From: Fidelibacterota bacterium
GTDB lineage: Bacteria > Fidelibacterota > UBA8477 > JABMPR01
Assembly: GCA_024278595.1 (NCBI GenBank)
Contig: JAJRSW010000061.1
Location: 4,225 to 68,224 of the forward strand
Length of the DNA stretch: 64,000 nt
Direction: 5' to 3'
Below the pieces are notes generated by a model, which saw nothing but the letters and a program-made list of their open reading frames with translations, was not told the origin of the DNA and did not search any database. Both the position numbers and the translations under genes were made by a program. Position 1 is the stretch's first letter. Each line of letters begins with the position of its first letter. Shown in pieces: positions 57,540-64,000 of the stretch.

Positions 57540-60179
57540 ATGGGATTTTCTGAATACTCAATTATAATCAGAGGCTTAGTAGGGGGTGTTGAAAGGACTT
57601 TTAGGGTGCAGCCCAAAGATATAGAACATATTTTACATACACGGATACTCTCAAAGGTATCCAAGCCCGGTCGCTATCTGGGAAATGAACATAATATTAT
57701 CACCAAGGACTGGACGGATCTCAAGGCCACCATGGCCCTGGCATTTCCAGATGTCTATGACACAGCCATGCCTTATAATGGTTTTCAGATCCTCTATCAT
57801 ATCCTCAATCGTGAACATGATATCGCAGCCGAACGGGTCAATGCCCCTTGGCCGGATATGGAAGCCCTCATGCGGGAGCATGGTCTGCCCCTGCACAGCC
57901 TGGAAACAAAACACCAACTAAGCGATTTTGATATTGTCGGTTTTTCTCTGCCCTATGACCTGCTCTACACCAACATCCTCAATATGCTGGATCTTTCAGA
58001 TATACCCATCTGGACCAGGGACCGGCGTGAGGAAGACCCCTTCATTATTGCTGGTGGTACCAACGCCTATAATCCAGAACCAGTAGCAGACTTTTTTGAT
58101 CTGGTGGTGATCGGTGATGCTGAGGAACTGTTGGTCGATCTTGTTCGGCGAATTGGCAAGGGCCGGCGGGAGGGGCGCACCCGCCGACAGATATTGGAAG
58201 AATTGGCCACCTTACCTGAGGGTGTCTATGTACCAGCTTTCTATGATTATGACTTCGATGACTCTGGCAAATTAGAGAGCATCACCAAGAACTTTGATCC
58301 AGCACCGGATCGGGTCAAGTCGGCCAAAATTCCCGTCCTGGAAGCCTCCAATTATCCAGTGAAACCGGTGGTTCCCATCGTTGAGACTGCCCAGGACCGC
58401 TTCGCCCTGGAGGTCATGCGCGGTTGTACCCAGGGCTGTCGTTTCTGTCATGCCGGCATGGTTTATCGACCGGTCCGTGAACGGAAACCAGCTGAATTGA
58501 TCGAATCAGCCAAAGCGACCCTGGCCGCAACCGGGCAGAAAAATCTCTCATTGCTCTCGCTCTCAACCAGTGACTATACCGGTCTGGAAGAAGTAGTGGA
58601 TGGTATGAAACCCTACCTAAAAGAGAATCGTGTGGCAGTCTCATTTCCATCCATGCGTCTGGATACCTTTACCAAAGAGATTGCTGCTATTGCCTCTGAA
58701 GAACGGAAATCAGGGCTGACCTTTGCCCCGGAAGCCGGTACCTGGCGTATGCGCCGGGTGATCAATAAGCTGATCAGTGATGAGGATCTTTACTCATCTG
58801 TCCAGATTGCGTTGGACGGTGGCTGGAAGACCTTGAAGTTCTATTTCATGCTGGGCTTGCCAACCGAAACCCAGGCAGATCTGCAGGGTATTGTGGATCT
58901 GATCAATGAAGTGCGGGAGATGGCTAAGCCCTTTGGCCGGGTCAAGATCAATGTTACGCTTTCGACCTTTATTCCCAAGCCTGAGACCCCCTTTCAGTGG
59001 GAAGCCCAGGACAGTAAAGAGGTCATCCGGGAAAAGATCGATTTCCTCATGGATAACCTGAAGCATAAGAATGTCAGGGCGTCTTATCGGGATCCCAAAT
59101 ATTCCGAAATTGAAGGTGTCTTGTCACGTGGTGATCGTCGATTGGCTCAGGCCATCTATTTAGCCTGGCAGGACGGCGCCCGCTTTGATAGCTGGGGTGA
59201 TTTTTTCCGCTATGACCGCTGGATGAATGCGTTTGAACAGGCGGGGATCGACCACGAACACTACTTGCGGGAACGCCAGGTTGATGAACTCCTGCCCTGG
59301 GATCTGGTGGACAATGGTATCCTGAAAAAATTCTTGAAACGGGAAAAACGCAAGGCCTATCAGGAAGCCACCGTCATTGATTGTCGTGACGGCTGTCTGG
59401 CCTGCGGAGTCTGTGACTTTGATGAGCTTTTTATGCGCATCGTAAAGGATGATACGGTAGCAGACTCTAAGGTTAAACCTGAAGTGTATCAGGCGCCTGA
59501 GAGAATACCCCTGCCGGAATTGATTAATACTACTCCAGTGGTCACGGCTCGCCTGAAATTTTCCAAATCAGGACTGGCCAGTTATCTGGGTCATCTTGAT
59601 GTTCAGAACTCATTTATGCGGGCCATCAGTCTGGCTGATCTGCCTGTAATCTATTCTCAGGGATTCAACCGACGTCCCCGAATCTCCAGTGGCCCAGCCT
59701 TGCCCCTGGGCTATACTTCTGAAGCAGAGTTTTTAGATATTTTGCTGTTTCGTGAGGTGCCCACAGTGGTTGAGGATCTAAATTACCAGCTCCCGGCAGG
59801 TATCGAAGTACAGGAGGTGACCTGGCATGCCGGCCGGATCAGTGCTATTACGGGGCAGATTTCAGCCGTAAAACAGATCATAGAGTTTGAAGATCCACCT
59901 GCTGAAGTGTCGCTCAAGCATTTGAAACAGAACTTTGAACAGCGAAATAATGTGTATATTAAACGCGAGCGGAAACGTCGAATAATATCTCTGGATATAA
60001 AAGACTATATCCAGTCTATTGAAATAAAGGGCAATAGCCTCGAGGTGATAACCCTCGTTAAGGATGGCAAGGGGATTCGATTAAATGAATTTCTGCCCGT
60101 GTTTTTTGATGCTCCAGTTGATAGCTTACCTGTCTACACGGTTCACCGCCTTGCAGTATTAATGCATGAATCGGTTTGA
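57540..60179 (+). CDS. Fused B12-binding-domain radical SAM protein (TIGR03960-like) plus DUF2344/TIGR03936-like C-terminal domain
   Basis: CTQGCRFCHAGM is the CxxxCxxC radical SAM motif. N-terminal B12-binding-like region. The C-terminal ~250 aa (VTARLKFSKSGLASYLGHLDVQNSFMRA...) match the TIGR03936 partner normally encoded next to TIGR03960. Located upstream of an RNase E/G gene, which is a conserved synteny. Confidence 0.7.
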   Translation: MGFSEYSIIIRGLVGGVERTFRVQPKDIEHILHTRILSKVSKPGRYLGNEHNIITKDWTDLKATMALAFPDVYDTAMPYNGFQILYHILNREHDIAAERVNAPWPDMEALMREHGLPLHSLETKHQLSDFDIVGFSLPYDLLYTNILNMLDLSDIPIWTRDRREEDPFIIAGGTNAYNPEPVADFFDLVVIGDAEELLVDLVRRIGKGRREGRTRRQILEELATLPEGVYVPAFYDYDFDDSGKLESITKNFDPAPDRVKSAKIPVLEASNYPVKPVVPIVETAQDRFALEVMRGCTQGCRFCHAGMVYRPVRERKPAELIESAKATLAATGQKNLSLLSLSTSDYTGLEEVVDGMKPYLKENRVAVSFPSMRLDTFTKEIAAIASEERKSGLTFAPEAGTWRMRRVINKLISDEDLYSSVQIALDGGWKTLKFYFMLGLPTETQADLQGIVDLINEVREMAKPFGRVKINVTLSTFIPKPETPFQWEAQDSKEVIREKIDFLMDNLKHKNVRASYRDPKYSEIEGVLSRGDRRLAQAIYLAWQDGARFDSWGDFFRYDRWMNAFEQAGIDHEHYLRERQVDELLPWDLVDNGILKKFLKREKRKAYQEATVIDCRDGCLACGVCDFDELFMRIVKDDTVADSKVKPEVYQAPERIPLPELINTTPVVTARLKFSKSGLASYLGHLDVQNSFMRAISLADLPVIYSQGFNRRPRISSGPALPLGYTSEAEFLDILLFREVPTVVEDLNYQLPAGIEVQEVTWHAGRISAITGQISAVKQIIEFEDPPAEVSLKHLKQNFEQRNNVYIKRERKRRIISLDIKDYIQSIEIKGNSLEVITLVKDGKGIRLNEFLPVFFDAPVDSLPVYTVHRLAVLMHESV

Positions 60180-60677
60180 TAGTGCATAACGACTGGACAA
60201 AGTGAAGTTGTGAAAAGAACTTGTTTAGATCCACAATACCCTGCTGAATAGCGGTTTATCCATGTTTGTTCTCAGGAACAACCCCGGCAATTGATCGGTG
60301 GGATATGCTGAAGAATTGTGTGCTGAAAGGATGAATGAACAGGTCAACACGTACCCTCCTCATAAATAATAACTCAGGCTGGGCTACGCTTCTCACAACT
60401 GGATTTGCAGGTAGCAACTTTTAGATCTACCTGAAGAGAAGGCAAGCCATAAGGCTGTCAGAACCAGAATTGGTAAAAGAATTGACTCAGTTCCAGTTTA
60501 ATGTTGAGAATTGAGATTGCGCAAGATCCCACAGATCGGACTGAAAAGAAGTCCACTCACACAGGCCGGCGCAGCAAAAATTTTGTGATCGCCTCATTCA
60601 TTGGAAATGGATGAGCTCACGTTGAGAACAATCAGCTCAACTTTCTTCTTTTATCCGTTCGCCATACAATTGAGGGA

Positions 60678-62246
60678 TTGGAAATGAAGAAGGATATCTT
60701 TATTAACCAAACGCATAAAGAAACCCGGATCGCTATCCATGAGGATGACGTCCTGGTAGAGCTTTATGTAGAAAAACCGGAAAACATCCGGATCGTCGGC
60801 AATATCTATAAAGGTGTTGTGGAAAATGTACTACCGGGTATGCAGGCAGCATTTGTCGATATTGGCATTGGCGCCAATGCATTTTTACCGTTCTCCGAAG
60901 TAGAAGGCGAGTCCTTTTTACTGGATCATGAGGATGACGATGATAATAATGATAAGTCCCAGCGATCAAATCGTGGTCGTTCACGCGGGCGGGATCGTAA
61001 TCGCCGGGATTTTCGTAGACCTGCCACACCCAAGTTGAGAACGGGTCAGGAAATCCTGGTACAGGTCATTAAAGAACCATACATGGGCAAGGGTGCCCGG
61101 GTCACTACCAATATTTCCCTACCAGGCCGCTTCCTGGTCTTGGTTCCCAATGCCGACTATGTGGGTATCTCCCGTAAGATCTATAATAATTATGAGCGAC
61201 GCCGCTTACGACGTAGCTGCCATGAAATGAAACCGGATGGCTTTGGTCTCATCGCCCGGACAGTGACCGAGGGCAAAGATAACGAGACCCTGGGCGCTGA
61301 CCTGAACAACCTCATGGATTCCTATAAACGGATGGAGAAGGCGGTCAAGGCTAAACCCGGTCCAAGCCTGGTCTATAAAGACATGGAAACAGTTTCCAGT
61401 CTGATCCGTGATCTTTTTACCAATGATGTCCAGAAAGTTGTCACAGATAACAAGGGCATGTATAAACAGTTGAATAGTTATCTAAAGGGATCGGCTCCCC
61501 AGCTGGCAGATCGTCTTGAACACTACAAAAAGAAATTGCCGCTATTTGATGCCTATAAAGTTCAAAAGGGCATTGATATATCCATGTCCCGGAAGGTGAC
61601 CCTCAAGAGTGGTGCCTCCATTGTTGTCGAACAAACTGAAGCCCTGGTCTCCATTGATGTGAACTCCGGTAAATTCATCGGTCGGAAAGATCATGAAGCA
61701 AATGCCCTGAAGATCAACCTTGAATCAGCGCGGGCCATTGCCCAGCAACTACGCTTGCGTGATCTGGGTGGTTTGATCGTCATCGATTTTATTGATATGC
61801 ACCGTGAAGAGAACAAGAAGAAAGTTTACTACGAACTACGTAGAGAGCTGCGCAAAGATCGAGCGAAAGTGGCGGTAAGCTATATCTCTGATTTTGGTCT
61901 ACTGGAAATGACCCGCCAACGAATACGGCTTAGTTTGCTCCTCTCAGCCACTGAGGAATGTCCAGTTTGCAAAGGTCGTGGACGCATCATGTCCAAAGCG
62001 GCTCTGGCCACCCAGATAGAAGGTTGGTTTCGTAGATTTCATGCTAAAAAACGGGAATTCAGGCTGCAGTTAATTGTGAATCCCGAGTTGGCAAAATTCC
62101 TTCGCTCAGGCCGCAAGAATGTTGTCCGCTCCATTCAATGGCAGCATTTTATCAAGGTGGAGATCGTGGAAGATGAATCCAAGAACATGGATGAATTTCG
62201 GATCATAAGTAAGAAGCAGGGCAAGGACATCACTGACGAATACTAA
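60678..62246 (+). CDS. rng: Ribonuclease E/G family endoribonuclease (Rng/Rne catalytic core) with an Asp/Arg-rich insertion
   Basis: S1 domain (IYKGVVENVLPGMQAAFVDIG), DNase-I-like fold and the Zn-link CPVCKGRGRI. There is an insertion DHEDDDDNNDKSQRSNRGRSRGRDRNRRDFRRP. Confidence 0.85.
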   Translation: MEMKKDIFINQTHKETRIAIHEDDVLVELYVEKPENIRIVGNIYKGVVENVLPGMQAAFVDIGIGANAFLPFSEVEGESFLLDHEDDDDNNDKSQRSNRGRSRGRDRNRRDFRRPATPKLRTGQEILVQVIKEPYMGKGARVTTNISLPGRFLVLVPNADYVGISRKIYNNYERRRLRRSCHEMKPDGFGLIARTVTEGKDNETLGADLNNLMDSYKRMEKAVKAKPGPSLVYKDMETVSSLIRDLFTNDVQKVVTDNKGMYKQLNSYLKGSAPQLADRLEHYKKKLPLFDAYKVQKGIDISMSRKVTLKSGASIVVEQTEALVSIDVNSGKFIGRKDHEANALKINLESARAIAQQLRLRDLGGLIVIDFIDMHREENKKKVYYELRRELRKDRAKVAVSYISDFGLLEMTRQRIRLSLLLSATEECPVCKGRGRIMSKAALATQIEGWFRRFHAKKREFRLQLIVNPELAKFLRSGRKNVVRSIQWQHFIKVEIVEDESKNMDEFRIISKKQGKDITDEY

Positions 62247-62469
62247 AGTAAAAAGTTTCATTTTCTTGGTTACCACCTTAGCTTTCAGCTTCGCCATGGC
62301 AGGCTAGTGTCATGGCGAGTCTAGACTTTCGGGGCCAAGTCCTGCTCTTTTAGATACCAATTTCATTTCAAAACGCACTATAAATTCAAAATATTTTTCC
62401 GTTTATCAAACTTGATGCCCCCGCAAAAAGTAGCTAGAAAATCACATAATATGCCCTATAACCATTAAA

Positions 62470-62578
62470 TACAACCGCTTACAACAAATACACGTAAAGC
62501 AATAAATAACAACACCTTGCGTCATTTCGGCGAGCTCAATGCAACGCTCTGCGAGAGGGCCTTTCTGCGGGGGCGTCA
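62470..62578. repeat. ~110-bp copy (~80% identity) of the 3' part of the IS4-like element at 53795-53905, flanked by an 18-bp inverted repeat
   Basis: aataaataacaacac[ct]tgcgtcattt[tc]ggcgagctcaatgcaacgctctgcg...ctttctgcgggggcgtca is shared with 53821-53905. TGATGCCCCCGCAAAAAG (62411-62428) is an inverted copy of CTTTCTGCGGGGGCGTCA (62559-62576). Confidence 0.65.
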
Positions 62579-62976
62579 AACTTCAAGTTTTTAGCATAGT
62601 CCCGACAAACTGGTCGGGATAGGAACTTTAAGTATCCACACTGAGTTTATCGAAGTGTGCCATGCTGAGTTCATCGAAGTACAGAGAAATGGGAAAAGAT
62701 GACGAAGTTAGGTGCCATTTTAAGGTGAATTTGGTATAATAAGGTTGGGAACTCTTTGAGCCATGACTGAGTAGAATCAGTTCTTAACCTATTTGAAGAA
62801 TTAACGTCATAACTATGTTGTTGGCGACTTTTTAACTATTACAGGTCCATATAATGGGCCGCTTTTCATAATTAGTGTCTGTCTTTAAATTATAACATTA
62901 TGATAATATTGTATATAAGGCTTGTATAAATGAGAATACTTCACCATAATATGCTTAGAAAGTAGGAGAAAACCCG

Positions 62977-64000
62977 GTGAAGTTGTATAATAATCTGACC
63001 TTAAAGTTCGAACGTCCCCAGTGGAGAAACAATCCAGAGTTCGCGTTAATTGACACGATCCTTGAGGATCACCCCGAGTTGATCGAGTTATTGTCTAAAG
63101 ATATCCTACAGGGTAATAGCTCTAGTAAATATGGTCGTCAGGATATGCCCAGTGTTGAGCAGATAGTCCGGGCAGCGATCTTTAAGGAGATGAAGACCCT
63201 GGACTACCGTGAGCTGGCATTTGCCCAGGAAGATAGTCGGATCTGTGCGACCTTCATTAAGCTTGATGAGCGTAAGCCATTTAGTTTTCAGATGTTGCAG
63301 AAATATATATCCCGGATAAGCGAAGAAAGTCTTCAATGCTTATTGTATGAGATAAATAAAATTGCAATCTCAGAAGGCTTGGAAGATGTAAAGAGTATCC
63401 GACAGGATAGCACTGTGGTAAAAACCAATATTCACTATCCCACGAATAATGCCCTTGTCTGGGATTGTATCAAGGAGAGTCACCGCCTATTGGAGCAATT
63501 GCATGAAGAATGTGACAAGGTGAGTTTCCGGGATTACCGTAAGTCTGCGAAGAAGATGTATTTCAAGATCAATGTGACGAAGTCCAAGAAGCGTGAGGAA
63601 GCTTTCCGCAAACAGTTAGGCACCTTTACCAAGAGCATCAACCAGGTATCCAATACCTTAAAGAAGCAGGTGAAGAGTATTAAGGCGAAGGCTTTAATGA
63701 CTGAATTACAGGAGTTCCTGCCAGTCATGCAGCAGGTCTACTCCATCGCATACCGTAAGCAGATTTTGGGCGAGAAAGTGCCTAACTCAGAGAAGATCTT
63801 CTCTATTTATGAACCCCATACTAATATCATTGTAAAGGGTGGTAGGGAGATCTTGTTCGGTCATAAGATCAACTTGACTGGTGGCCGTAGTAACTTGATA
63901 TTGGATTGTGAGATATTGGAGGGTAACCCTTCAGATACCAAGCTTTTTCAACCTGCAGTCGACCGTGTGATTACCGGATACGGCATAACTCCTCGTGATA
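62977..64000 (+). CDS. IS5/IS1182-like DDE transposase, N-terminal ~340 aa; the gene runs off the window end
   Basis: GTG start after GGAGAA. An open frame runs to the end of the window. DSTVVKTNIHYPTNNALVWD matches the D.T....NI.YPTD motif of IS5/IS1182-group transposases. Confidence 0.6.
   Translation, partial: MKLYNNLTLKFERPQWRNNPEFALIDTILEDHPELIELLSKDILQGNSSSKYGRQDMPSVEQIVRAAIFKEMKTLDYRELAFAQEDSRICATFIKLDERKPFSFQMLQKYISRISEESLQCLLYEINKIAISEGLEDVKSIRQDSTVVKTNIHYPTNNALVWDCIKESHRLLEQLHEECDKVSFRDYRKSAKKMYFKINVTKSKKREEAFRKQLGTFTKSINQVSNTLKKQVKSIKAKALMTELQEFLPVMQQVYSIAYRKQILGEKVPNSEKIFSIYEPHTNIIVKGGREILFGHKINLTGGRSNLILDCEILEGNPSDTKLFQPAVDRVITGYGITPRD

Noticed and set aside
1-64000. CRISPR arrays, tRNA or rRNA genes
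   Set aside because: I saw no regularly spaced 25-40-bp direct repeats. No tRNA-like GGTTCGAATCC / TAGCTCAG / GGTAGAGC signatures were seen in any intergenic region, and there are no rRNA-like conserved blocks.

Overview
This 64-kb window is a chromosomal segment from a diderm (Gram-negative) bacterium. Genes show Shine-Dalgarno sites (e.g. AAGGAG before rplU, pepC, fadL-like), sigma70-type TTGACA/TATATT promoters and rho-independent terminators. It encodes KdtA, a TonB-dependent receptor with an N-terminal carboxypeptidase-regulatory-like domain, FadL-like and other beta-barrel outer-membrane proteins, and a degraded T9SS-type C-terminal sorting domain. Together these point to an FCB-group lineage outside classical Bacteroidetes (inference). 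I found no tRNA, rRNA or CRISPR array. Contents from left to right: (1) 1-8.1 kb, a surface-glycan locus of two convergent operons. The first is kdtA / KdsC-family phosphatase / NeuB-family synthase / NeuA-family CMP-transferase. The second is IspD/TarI-like cytidylyltransferase / TagF-like CDP-alcohol phosphotransferase / LicC-like nucleotidyltransferase / tandem LicD / GT42 (Cst-II-like) sialyltransferase-like, plus a DMT transporter. This is a predicted nonulosonic-acid (Kdn/sialic-like) plus phospho-alcohol decoration pathway. (2) NagB-LmbE fusion, arylamine N-acetyltransferase, udk, YibQ, a catalytically divergent PdxJ-like protein, asparaginase II, dCMP deaminase and a class A beta-lactamase-like lipoprotein. 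(3) rplU (with a K/A-rich tail) and rpmA, followed by a hairpin-dense 440-bp intergenic region. (4) MoxR ATPase, then a 960-aa secreted protein with a peptidase-MA-like domain, PD40 repeats and a C-terminal Phe, then DUF58. (5) TonB-dependent receptor, lipoproteins, FadL-like OMP, pepC, eIF-2B-like protein, orphan MalK/UgpC ATPase, tsaC and hydrolases; a lipoprotein gene with a pseudogenised T9SS CTD. (6) APC permease plus Ntn-hydrolase, creatininase and ssb. (7) TetR / MMPL-RND / LolA-like / beta-barrel OMP export module with predicted operators. (8) Patatin-like phospholipase coupled to a secreted protein; DUF1858/DUF2147 pair. (9) IS4-family transposase remnants; trmH-like, hisS, a ParE/RelE toxin remnant; a fused radical-SAM (TIGR03960/03936-like) protein plus RNase E/G with a long leader; further IS debris and a partial IS5/IS1182-like transposase running off the window end.
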